Source of the DNA: Candidatus Omnitrophota bacterium
GTDB taxonomy: Bacteria > Omnitrophota > Gorgyraeia > Gygaellales > Profunditerraquicolaceae
Length of the DNA: 64,000 nucleotides
Direction of reading: 5' to 3'
NCBI GenBank assembly: GCA_903852325.1
Contig: CAINQO010000035.1
Span: 34,117-98,116 of the forward strand
Shown here: positions 9,735 through 17,992 of the stretch, one piece after another
How the letters are laid out: every line of letters begins with the position of its first letter
How positions within the stretch are numbered: the stretch's first letter is position 1
Notes under the pieces: model-generated
Database searches by the model: none
Seen by the model: only the letters and a program-made list of their open reading frames with translations
Told to the model about the DNA's origin: nothing
Program-made: the position numbers and the translations under genes

Positions 9735-10450
9735 AAATAAAATTAAGGCAATCCGGCAGTTGCATTATTTTGGATTTGTGCGGGCGCATCGACGTGGATT
9801 CGGCAAACCTGGTCGAGGTGGTCGGCCAGTGCGTGCGGGACGGTTACCCGGACCTGCTCTGCAACCTGGAGGAGGTTACCGGGATAGACTATATGGGGAT
9901 ATCGGTGATCGTCATCGCTTATAAAGAAGTAGTGAACCATCACGGGAGGATGAAATTCGTCAATATCCCGGCGCAATTACGCAGCGTATTCGCGGTTTCC
10001 GGAATGGACCGGGTAGTGGAGATTTACGGCAGCGAAGAGCTGGCGCTCAACAGTTTTAAGGAGGATAAAATTATCGAGGAAATCAAGCGGATGCAGCTGC
10101 GCCGCCGGTTCAAGCGCCTGCCGATCGATTTAAAAATAGAATTAAAATCCAAAACCGACTCTTCCGCCGCATGCCAGAAAGCGGACATCCTTAATTTAAG
10201 CGCGGTGGGGGCTTTTATTTTCGGTTGCGGCAAATTCAGGCTGAAGGATGAAGTGGTCATGAAAATGAAGCTCGGGCCCAAGCAGGAGGAGCTTCAGCTT
10301 GACGGGCGGGTGGTATGGGTACCGGATAAAGAGGTGCAGATCCACGAGTATCCGGGGATTGGAGTGGAGTTTTATGATATTTCTTCGGCCAATCAACAAA
10401 GGTTGATCGAGTTTATCGACCGGAACCTTTCCTCGCTGCCTCAGGAATGA
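9728..10450 (+). CDS. STAS domain (anti-sigma-factor-antagonist-like) fused to a C-terminal PilZ c-di-GMP-binding domain
   Basis: The N-terminal about 110 aa resemble SpoIIAA/STAS (ILDLCGRIDVDSANLVEVV...MGISVIVIAYKEVVNHHGRMKFVNIPAQLRSVFAVSGMDRVVEIY). The C-terminus has PilZ signatures QLRRRFKR (RxxxR) and DILNLSAVGAFIF (D/NxSxxG). Confidence 0.65.
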   Translation: MLEIKLRQSGSCIILDLCGRIDVDSANLVEVVGQCVRDGYPDLLCNLEEVTGIDYMGISVIVIAYKEVVNHHGRMKFVNIPAQLRSVFAVSGMDRVVEIYGSEELALNSFKEDKIIEEIKRMQLRRRFKRLPIDLKIELKSKTDSSAACQKADILNLSAVGAFIFGCGKFRLKDEVVMKMKLGPKQEELQLDGRVVWVPDKEVQIHEYPGIGVEFYDISSANQQRLIEFIDRNLSSLPQE

Positions 10451-10462
10451 TCCTAAAAAAAG

Positions 10463-11119
10463 ATGAAGAAATTAAAAGTAAGGCCTAAGGCGGTTATCTT
10501 TGACCTGGATGGAGTGATCGTTGATTCGATGCCGTATCACTTCATCGCCTGGTATGAAGCGCTTCGCCCCTGGGGAGTGCGCATCAGTTGTTTTGAGGTT
10601 TACGCGCAGGAGGGGGAACGCTGGCAGGAAACCCTAAAAGGCCTGCTTAAGCGTAACCGGATTAAGCCGGAGCGCAAGGTTTTAGAGGCTATTTTTGCCG
10701 CCCGGCAAAAGATCTTTAAGCGTTATTTTAAACGCTTTATCTTCCGGGGCGCCTACGAGCTGCTCCGGGACCTGAAAAAACAGGGTTTTTTATTGGGGCT
10801 GGTCACCGGCAGCCCGATGGAAGAGGTAAGGAAGATCCTGCCCGCCGGGGTGCTTAAACTTTTTGCCGCCACGGTCGCCGGAAATCAGGTCAAGAAAGGC
10901 AAGCCGCATCCGGAACCATATCTTAAAGCCGCCGCCGGCTTAGGCCTGGCGCCGCGGGACTGCCTGGTGATTGAAAATGCCCCTTTCGGCATTACCTCTG
11001 CCAGGCAGGCAGGAATGCCTTGCATTGCTGTTTCTACCAGCCTTCCCAAAGAATACCTGGCCGGAGCCGATTTTACGATCGAAAACCTGGGCCAGATCCA
11101 AGGATTGATCCCGCTTTAA
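10463..11119 (+). CDS. HAD-IA family hydrolase (beta-phosphoglucomutase-like)
   Basis: Motif I VIFDLDGVIVDS, motif II LVTGS, C-terminal motif IV IENAPFGITSARQAGM. 218 aa. Confidence 0.85.
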   Translation: MKKLKVRPKAVIFDLDGVIVDSMPYHFIAWYEALRPWGVRISCFEVYAQEGERWQETLKGLLKRNRIKPERKVLEAIFAARQKIFKRYFKRFIFRGAYELLRDLKKQGFLLGLVTGSPMEEVRKILPAGVLKLFAATVAGNQVKKGKPHPEPYLKAAAGLGLAPRDCLVIENAPFGITSARQAGMPCIAVSTSLPKEYLAGADFTIENLGQIQGLIPL

Positions 11120-11223
11120 TCAAAGGATTTTTTAACTTTTGCCGTCTCTTGAAATAAATACTTCCCAGTGGTTTATTTTTACATATCTCATTGCTAATCT
11201 TAGGTTTTAGTTTTGAAAATCAT

Positions 11224-11252
11224 TTGCCTGGCGAATGGCGGTGTGGTATTAT
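11224..11252 (+). promoter_or_regulatory. Candidate sigma70-type promoter for the UPF0016 gene
   Basis: TTGCCT, 17 nt, TATTAT, sited about 35 nt upstream of the ATG at 11289. Confidence 0.4.
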
Positions 11253-11288
11253 AGATGTTTAAATAAACCGATTTTATAGAGAGGAGCA

Positions 11289-11567
11289 ATGCCGATGGAT
11301 TGGAAAGTGTTTGCGGCTACATTTGCAGCGGTATTTTGCGCAGAATTAGCGGATAAAACTCAAATGGTCGGTATCGGCATGGCGGCTAAAACGGGGAAAC
11401 CTATTTCGGTTTGGGCCGGGTCAGTGGCCGCCTATGTTATCGTCACTGTAATTTCGGTGTTTTTAGGTTCACTGGCGGCCAGATTCATCCGGCCGGAAAT
11501 GATCCGCTATGTCGGCGCTTCATTATTCATTTTGATCGGCGCGCTTATGCTGCTTAAAATACTTTAA
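11289..11567 (+). CDS. UPF0016 (GDT1/TMEM165-like) single-repeat membrane protein
   Basis: 92 aa with three TM segments and the family signature ELADKTQ (E-x-G/A-D-K-T). A single repeat implies a dimeric cation transporter. Confidence 0.7.
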   Translation: MPMDWKVFAATFAAVFCAELADKTQMVGIGMAAKTGKPISVWAGSVAAYVIVTVISVFLGSLAARFIRPEMIRYVGASLFILIGALMLLKIL

Positions 11568-11573
11568 AAGCCT

Positions 11574-12635
11574 ATGTCCTTAGCCAGGGAGTATCTTTAT
11601 AATCTGGTTACCGGTAAGACCAAGGGTCCCGGAGCCGCATTTTTAAGAGGGATTTTATTTATTCTTTCCCTGATTTACGGTTTTATTGTCATTCTCCTTG
11701 CCGGTTTCTATAAAATAAGGCGCCGGCGCCTTCCGGCCAAGGTGGTCAGTGTCGGCAATATCACCCTGGGCGGGACAGGAAAAACTACTTTAGTCCAATA
11801 TTTATCGGTTAAATTGAGCGCCGCAGGCAATAAAGTGGCTGTCTTGACCCGGGGGTATAAACGTAACGCGCAGCTTGAGGGGACCAGGGGGATGGGGGAT
11901 GAGCCGTTAATGCTCGCGGAAAAACTTCCGCAAATTCCGGTGATCGTGAACAAGGACCGGCTAAAAGCCGCCAGGCAGGCGGTCAGGGATTATGCTTGCG
12001 ATACGCTGATCCTGGATGACGGGATGCAGCAGTGGAAACTGGATAAAGACCTGGAGATCGTGACCATCGACGCGGCAAATCCTTTCGGCAATTTACGCCT
12101 GCTTCCGGCGGGGTTTTTGCGTGAGCCGCTCTCTGCCCTTAAGCGTGCGGATATTTTTGTCATTACCCAAACTTCCTGCGTCCGGGATCCAGGCGCTTTA
12201 GCGGATAAGCTTACGCGGATCAACCCCCGGGCGCTGATCGTCGAATCCAACCACGCGCCAAAAGGGTTAAGTCCCCTGGAGGCCCCGGATAAAGAATTAG
12301 GGTTGCCGGCGCTTAAAGGTAAGACCGCGGCGGTATTTTCCGGGATCGGTAACCCGGAGGGTTTTGAAAAATGCCTGCGCGGGCTGGGCATTAAATATAT
12401 GAAAATTTACCGGTTCCCGGACCATCATGCTTATACCCAAAATGATATCCTGGAAATCCTCCAGGCAGCCCGGAAGGATAAGCTGGAGATGGTGATCACG
12501 ACGCAAAAAGACGCGGTGAAACTCCGCAAAACAGGGATCAAGGATTCCGGGATACTGGTCCTGGAGATAAAACTAGAGATCACTAAAAATGAAGCAGAAT
12601 TTGATCGTCGATTACTGCGCTTACATTCTATTTAG
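11574..12635 (+). CDS. lpxK: Tetraacyldisaccharide 4'-kinase
   Basis: N-terminal TM helix then P-loop VVSVGNITLGGTGKTT. 353 aa. Confidence 0.9.
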   Translation: MSLAREYLYNLVTGKTKGPGAAFLRGILFILSLIYGFIVILLAGFYKIRRRRLPAKVVSVGNITLGGTGKTTLVQYLSVKLSAAGNKVAVLTRGYKRNAQLEGTRGMGDEPLMLAEKLPQIPVIVNKDRLKAARQAVRDYACDTLILDDGMQQWKLDKDLEIVTIDAANPFGNLRLLPAGFLREPLSALKRADIFVITQTSCVRDPGALADKLTRINPRALIVESNHAPKGLSPLEAPDKELGLPALKGKTAAVFSGIGNPEGFEKCLRGLGIKYMKIYRFPDHHAYTQNDILEILQAARKDKLEMVITTQKDAVKLRKTGIKDSGILVLEIKLEITKNEAEFDRRLLRLHSI

Positions 12636-14592
12636 GGTAGTAAGTTTTTTTACTTATTTCCTCCCCTTGAATTTCAGCCTGTTCCTGGGCCGCCGGCTGG
12701 GGGACCTGGTATTTTTTTTAGACCGCAGGCACCGGGCGGTCGCTTACGCCAATATCCGCCGCACCGTCGCGGAAAAATTGGACACCGGGGCATGCGCCAG
12801 GATCGCGCGCAAAAGCTACCAGGCGTTCGGGCAAAATTTAATCGAGATTTCTTTTATTCCGCGCATCAATAAGCGGTATTTGCAGAAATATATCCGGATT
12901 GAAGATAAGGAATACGGCTATCAGGCTTTTGACCGGGGCAAAGGGGTAATTTTTTTGATCGTCCATGAAGGGAATTGGGAGCTTTCCAATATCATCATGG
13001 CAAATTTAGATGTGGCCTTTGTGTTGTTTGTCCGGGACCAGGGGTTACCCCGGTTAAACGCCCTGCTGAATAAATACCGGCTGGCCCATGGAGCTAAGAT
13101 CATGCATAAGGACGCCAGCCTCCGGCAGCTGATCGAAGTGCTTAAGAGTAACCAGTCCGTGGGGATGACCGTGGACCAGGGGGGGAAAATCGGGGTAGGG
13201 GTAAATTTCTTCGGCAAAGATGCCTCGATGTCTACGGGAGCGGTAAAGCTGGCGCTAAAATACGATTGCGCGATCATCCCTATTTTTTATACCCGGGTGA
13301 AAGGCCCCTATTCTAAAGTAATCTTAGACCAGGTTTTTACGGCTACCCGCACCGGGGATGAAGAAAAAGACCTCCGGGATAACCTGCAAAGACTGTTTGT
13401 CATTTATGAAAAATACCTGCGTAAATATCCGCATGAATTGCTCTGGACGTATAAGATTTATAAATACAGCCGGGAGCGGGATGTGCTGATCCTTAGCGAC
13501 GGCAGGACCGGCCACCTGCGCCAATGCGAGGCAATAGCGGAGTTGACCCGCCGGCAATTGGAGGAGCGGGGGATAAAAACGCACCTGGCGGTCCGGGAGA
13601 TAAAATTCCGCTCCAAGCCGCGCGCCTTTTTATTGGGTTTATTGGCGAAGTCCACCGGTAAATATGAATGCGGGGGGATTGGGGCGCGTTATTTACGCCA
13701 TGCCTTGACCCCGGAAAGCTGGGAAAGCCTGATGGGGGTCAACCCGGAGATCGTGATTTCCGCCGGCGGCTCGGCCGCGGCGGTAAATTATCTTTTGAGC
13801 GTTGAAACCCAGTCTAAGTCCATCGTCTTGATGCGGCCGGGCTTGCTGAGTTTGAATAAATTTAACTTAGCGCTTATTCCCCGGCATGACTGGCCAGAGG
13901 GCCGTGGTTTGCCATTTTTTTGGCAAAGCCATCTGGGAGGCGGCAAGCTCCCGGCTAAAAATACCATAATCACCGAAGGGGCGCTTAATTTAATTGATTC
14001 CCGGTACCTGATCCAAAAAGCTAAAAGTTTTTCCGGATCAGGATTATTGCGGGGGCCTTTGCATGACCCCTGTATCGGGGTATTGCTCGGCGGAAACAGC
14101 AGGGATTTTTCTTTAGAGCCGCAGGCTATCCGGGAATTGGCGCAGGAGGTCAAAAAAGCCGCCCGGGAGTTAAACGCGGATATCCTGATCACCACCTCCC
14201 GGCGCACTCCGGAAACCGTAGAGTCGCTGCTCAAGGATGAATTTACCGCAGAGCCGCGCTGCAAGCTGTTGGTGATCGCCCGGGAAAACAGTAATCCGGA
14301 TGTGGTGGGAGCGATATTGGGATCAAGCCGGGTTTTGATCAGCTCTCCGGAAAGTATTTCGATGATCTCTGAATCCGTAGCCGCGGAAAAATACGTGGTC
14401 GTGTTTCAGGCGGGCAAGCTGGGCGCAAAGCACACGCGTTTCCTGAAATATTATCAGGATAAGGGTTATATTTATTTAGAACAGATCCAAGGCGTTTCCC
14501 GGAGGATCAGTCAGTTGCTCAAAGACAGGCCGGCGGTGAATTTTCCGCAGGACAATTTAAAAGTCAGCGAGGGGTTAAAGAGGATATTGTAA
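12589..14592 (+). CDS. Bifunctional protein: LpxL/HtrB-family lipid A late acyltransferase (N-terminus) fused to an ELM1/DUF1022-like predicted GT-B glycosyltransferase-fold domain (C-terminus)
   Basis: The N-terminal 300 aa carry a TM anchor plus the H-x4-E catalytic dyad (IVHEGNWELS) and align with HtrB. The C-terminal 360 aa begin VLILSDGRTGHLRQCEAIAE, resembling the ELM1-family signature (V.SDGK.GHENQ). Overlaps the lpxK 3' end by 47 nt. Confidence 0.7.
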   Translation: MKQNLIVDYCAYILFRVVSFFTYFLPLNFSLFLGRRLGDLVFFLDRRHRAVAYANIRRTVAEKLDTGACARIARKSYQAFGQNLIEISFIPRINKRYLQKYIRIEDKEYGYQAFDRGKGVIFLIVHEGNWELSNIIMANLDVAFVLFVRDQGLPRLNALLNKYRLAHGAKIMHKDASLRQLIEVLKSNQSVGMTVDQGGKIGVGVNFFGKDASMSTGAVKLALKYDCAIIPIFYTRVKGPYSKVILDQVFTATRTGDEEKDLRDNLQRLFVIYEKYLRKYPHELLWTYKIYKYSRERDVLILSDGRTGHLRQCEAIAELTRRQLEERGIKTHLAVREIKFRSKPRAFLLGLLAKSTGKYECGGIGARYLRHALTPESWESLMGVNPEIVISAGGSAAAVNYLLSVETQSKSIVLMRPGLLSLNKFNLALIPRHDWPEGRGLPFFWQSHLGGGKLPAKNTIITEGALNLIDSRYLIQKAKSFSGSGLLRGPLHDPCIGVLLGGNSRDFSLEPQAIRELAQEVKKAARELNADILITTSRRTPETVESLLKDEFTAEPRCKLLVIARENSNPDVVGAILGSSRVLISSPESISMISESVAAEKYVVVFQAGKLGAKHTRFLKYYQDKGYIYLEQIQGVSRRISQLLKDRPAVNFPQDNLKVSEGLKRIL

Positions 14593-14597
14593 TTAAA

Positions 14598-14628
14598 AAG
14601 GAAGGGCGGATTGAATCCCGCCCTTCCT
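14598..14628 (+). promoter_or_regulatory. Perfect 11-bp hairpin AAGGAAGGGCGG-ATTGAAT-CCGCCCTTCCT (SD-mimic/anti-SD), a short-loop variant of the repeated leader element
   Basis: Lies 6 nt after the lpxL-fusion stop and 32 nt before the ATG at 14661, whose own SD is AAGGAAGGGTTGGG. The motif AAGGAAGGGCGG(G)AT(T)GAA recurs at 53550. Confidence 0.5.
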
Positions 14629-14660
14629 CAGCGATTTAAGTTAGCAAAGGAAGGGTTGGG

Positions 14661-16754
14661 ATGAAGATTTTACAAATTTTGCCGGAACTTAATGTCGGAG
14701 GGGTAGAGACCGGGACGGTGGACCTTTCCCGTCATCTGGTGCGCCTGGGGCATAAATCGGTGGTGGTTTCCGCCGGCGGAGCGCTGGTCAAAGAACTGGA
14801 GGAGGCGGGGGCTAAACACTATCAACTGCCGGTAAATAAAAAATCCATCATCTCCATGATCAAGCTGGTTCCGGAGTTAGCCGAAATTATCAAACGGGAA
14901 GGGATCGAGATCGTACATGCCCGCTCAAGGGCGCCGGCCTGGATCGCTTATTTTGCCTGCCGAAGGACCCAGGCGGTATTCGTTACCACTTGCCACGGTT
15001 ATTACCAGAAACATCTTTTTAGCGCGGTAATGGGCTGGGGCAAAAAAGTGATCGTTTTAAGCAACGTGATCGCCCGGCACATGATCGAGGATTTTGCCGT
15101 TCCCCATGAGCGGATCAAGCTGGTGCCGCGCAGCGTGGATCTGGAGAAATTTAAATACCGGGACCCTAAAAACAAAAGGAAAGAAGATTTTAATGTCGGT
15201 ATCATCGGCCGGATCACCCCGCTAAAAGGGCATTTGCATTTTATCAAAGCCATGGCACGCATTTCCCGCTCCGTCCCGCGCCTGAAGATCTGGATCGTCG
15301 GCGATGCTCCGGCTTCCAAGGAAGCTTATAAAGAAGAACTGCAAATTTTAGTGCGCCGCCTGGGTTTATGGCATTGCACGGAATTTCTGGGCACGCAGCG
15401 GGATATTCCGGGAATATTGGAGAACCTGGATCTGGTGGTTTTAGCCACGACTACTCAGGAGGCCTTCGGCAGGGTGGTTGTAGAGGCGCAGGCCTGCGGG
15501 GTACCGGTGGTGGCGACCAGGGTCGGAGGGGTGATCGATATTATCGAGGACGGCAAGAACGGGCTCCTGGTCCCTCCGGCGGATTCCAAAAGCATGTCGG
15601 AGGCGGTGATGCGTATTTTTAAGGACGCGGAATTCGCCCGCATCCTGGCGGAAAATGCCTACGCTAAGGTCAAAGAAAAATATAATGTGGAATTGATGGT
15701 CAAAAATACTTTAGAGGTTTACCGGGAGGCGCTGAATAATTTTAAGATCCTGGTGATCAAGCTCAGTTCTTTAGGGGACGTGATCCTTTCTACGGCGGCC
15801 TTAAGGGCGATCCGGGAAAAATTTCCCCAAAGTAAATACAAGATAAGTTTTCTGGTCGGGGAAGAATCCAAGGACCTGCTTTTGCGCTGCCCGTATATCG
15901 ACGAACTTCTGGTTTGCGACTTAAAAAATAAGGACCGCGGCCCCTTCGGTTTGCTGAGGATGGGTCAGCTTTTACGGAAGAAAAATTTCGACTCGGTGAT
16001 CGATCTGCAAAATAGCCGTTCCAGCCACCTGCTGGCTTATCTGAGCGGTTGCGTCCACCGCTACGGATATGACAATAAAAAGTTTTCCTTTTTGCTCAAC
16101 TACCGGATCCAGGATCAAAAAACCCCGCTGGACCCGGTAACCCACCAGTTCAGGATCCTTAAGCTGCTGGGGATCGACCTGTTGAATAATGCCCTTGAGC
16201 TTTGGCCTTCCGCGGAAGACCGGGAGAAGGTGGAGGAACTTTTTAATTCCCAATGGTTGAGCCAGGTGCAGAAAGTGGTGGGGATCAATATCAGCGCTTC
16301 CTCCAGATGGGAGACAAAACTCTGGCCGCTGGAATACGTGATCACCCTGTGTGAAGAACTGGAAGCCAGGGATATCCGGGTGGTCATTACCGGTAAGCAA
16401 GAGGATCAGCCGCGCGCCAACATGCTCGTCGATTCGCTTAAGAACACCAAGGTGATCAATGCCTGCGGCAAGACCAATATCAACGAATTGGCGGTGTTGA
16501 TCAAAAAATGCAATGTGTTCATCTCCGCCGATTCTTCTCCTTTGCATATCGCTTCCGCGGTGGGCACTCCTTTTGTCGCTTTGTTCGGCCCGACGGATCC
16601 TTTGCGGCACCTTCCCCCCGGGGCTAATTACGCGGTGATCGATAAGAAATTGAATTGCAGCCCTTGTTATAAAAATAGATGCCGCAGTAAGCGCTGCATG
16701 ATCGAGATCGATCCGGCGCAGGTTTTTGAAGCGGTAATGAAGTTATTGAAATAA
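14661..16754 (+). CDS. Bifunctional LPS-core glycosyltransferase: GT4 (RfaG-like) N-domain fused to GT9 (heptosyltransferase-like) C-domain
   Basis: N-terminal half has the GT4 E-x7-E motif region EAFGRVVVEAQACGVPVVATRVGGVIDIIEDGKNGLLVPP. C-terminal half has the GT9 pattern ILVIKLSSLGDVILSTAALRAIREKFP...ISADSSPLHIASAVGTPFVALFGPTDP. 697 aa. Confidence 0.8.
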   Translation: MKILQILPELNVGGVETGTVDLSRHLVRLGHKSVVVSAGGALVKELEEAGAKHYQLPVNKKSIISMIKLVPELAEIIKREGIEIVHARSRAPAWIAYFACRRTQAVFVTTCHGYYQKHLFSAVMGWGKKVIVLSNVIARHMIEDFAVPHERIKLVPRSVDLEKFKYRDPKNKRKEDFNVGIIGRITPLKGHLHFIKAMARISRSVPRLKIWIVGDAPASKEAYKEELQILVRRLGLWHCTEFLGTQRDIPGILENLDLVVLATTTQEAFGRVVVEAQACGVPVVATRVGGVIDIIEDGKNGLLVPPADSKSMSEAVMRIFKDAEFARILAENAYAKVKEKYNVELMVKNTLEVYREALNNFKILVIKLSSLGDVILSTAALRAIREKFPQSKYKISFLVGEESKDLLLRCPYIDELLVCDLKNKDRGPFGLLRMGQLLRKKNFDSVIDLQNSRSSHLLAYLSGCVHRYGYDNKKFSFLLNYRIQDQKTPLDPVTHQFRILKLLGIDLLNNALELWPSAEDREKVEELFNSQWLSQVQKVVGINISASSRWETKLWPLEYVITLCEELEARDIRVVITGKQEDQPRANMLVDSLKNTKVINACGKTNINELAVLIKKCNVFISADSSPLHIASAVGTPFVALFGPTDPLRHLPPGANYAVIDKKLNCSPCYKNRCRSKRCMIEIDPAQVFEAVMKLLK

Positions 16755-16819
16755 GCAATATACCTGGCGCTTAGTGGTATTGCGCCAGTACGCGCCACGT
16801 GGCGCGAGGGGCGGGATGA

Positions 16820-16894
16820 CCCCGCACCATCTTCTAATTCACGCTTTAAGTCCTAAGGTTTAATAACAATTAACTATAAGGATGGTGCGGGGTG
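16820..16894 (+). promoter_or_regulatory. Leader element copy A (anti-SD arm CCCCGCACCATCTTCT paired with SD/start arm AAGGATGGTGCGGGGTG) upstream of the GT4 gene
   Basis: The 5' arm at 16820..16835 is complementary to 16878..16894, which holds the RBS and the GTG start at 16892. An AT insertion is matched in both arms. The CGCGCCACGTGGCGCG palindrome lies upstream. Confidence 0.6.
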
Positions 16895-17992
16895 CGGATT
16901 TTATTTTTAGCCAATCATCTTAATGTCGGGGGGATCTCCAGTTACTTGCTGACCTTGGGTAGCGGATTGAAAGAAAAAGGGCATGAGGTTTATTTGGCCT
17001 CCGGGGGCGGTGAATTAGAGGAAAAATTCCGGCAGGCCGGAATAATCCTGATCAATGTCCCCTTGAAAACAAAAAGCGAGATCAGTCCGAAGATCCTGAT
17101 CAGTTACTGGAAATTAAAAAAGGCCGCTGCCGGTTTGCGGATCGAGCTTATTCATTCGCACAGCCGGACCACCCAGGTTTTGGGATGCTGGCTGGGCCGC
17201 TCCCTGGGCAGGCCGCATATTTTTACCTGCCACGGTTTCTTTAAACCGAAACTGCCGCGCAAGGTTTTCGGCTGCTGGGGCCAAAGGGTAATTGCTATCA
17301 GCTCCCAGGTCAAAGAGCACTTGACCGCGGATTTTAAATTCAGCGAAAATAAGATTAGCGTGATCCATAACGGCATCGACACGCAAAAATTCGGGGATTT
17401 TTCGGGAAGGGACCGCTTGCGCAGCAGTTTAGGGGTCGCCCCGGATGGTTTTTTGATCGGGATCATCGCCCGCCTCTCCGATGTGAAGGGGCATCTTTAC
17501 CTTATCCGGGCGATGCCGGAGATTTTAAAAAAATTCCCCGGGACCAAATTAGCGATAATCGGTCAGGGTAAGACCGAAGGCTCTTTGGTCAAAGAAACAG
17601 GGAATTTAGGGTTAGAGGGCAATATTTTATTTGTCCCGGAAGCAAAAGATACCCGGGAATGGCTTTGCGCCATGGATGTTTTTGCCATGCCTTCGCTGCA
17701 GGAAGGCTTGGGGCTGGCTTTGATGGAAGCGATGGCTCAGGGTTTAGCCGTGGCCGGATCGGCGGTAGGGGGGATCAAAACCCTGGTCCAGGATAAAATT
17801 ACCGGACTGCTGGTCCCGGCGCGGGATGCGGGGGCGCTGGCGCAGGCGATCATCTCTTTGCTTGGGGATCCGGATTTACGCCGTAATTTAGGGGATCAGG
17901 CGCGCGAATTTATCGCCGCTAATTTTTCTAAAAAAGAAATGGTGGAAAAGACCGAAGGCCTTTACCGGCAGGTTTTAAATCCCAATGAGTGA
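16892..17992 (+). CDS. GT4-family glycosyltransferase (GTB fold)
   Basis: MRILFLANHLNVGGISSYLL... with E-x7-E region LQEGLGLALMEAMAQGLAVAGSAVGGIKTLVQDKITGLLVP. GTG start. 366 aa. Confidence 0.85.
   Translation: MRILFLANHLNVGGISSYLLTLGSGLKEKGHEVYLASGGGELEEKFRQAGIILINVPLKTKSEISPKILISYWKLKKAAAGLRIELIHSHSRTTQVLGCWLGRSLGRPHIFTCHGFFKPKLPRKVFGCWGQRVIAISSQVKEHLTADFKFSENKISVIHNGIDTQKFGDFSGRDRLRSSLGVAPDGFLIGIIARLSDVKGHLYLIRAMPEILKKFPGTKLAIIGQGKTEGSLVKETGNLGLEGNILFVPEAKDTREWLCAMDVFAMPSLQEGLGLALMEAMAQGLAVAGSAVGGIKTLVQDKITGLLVPARDAGALAQAIISLLGDPDLRRNLGDQAREFIAANFSKKEMVEKTEGLYRQVLNPNE

Noticed and set aside
15972-16610. 212-aa minus-strand ORF
   Set aside because: Entirely antisense to the well-supported GT9 domain of the GT4-GT9 gene, with no motifs. 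Typical shadow ORF in moderately GC-rich coding DNA.
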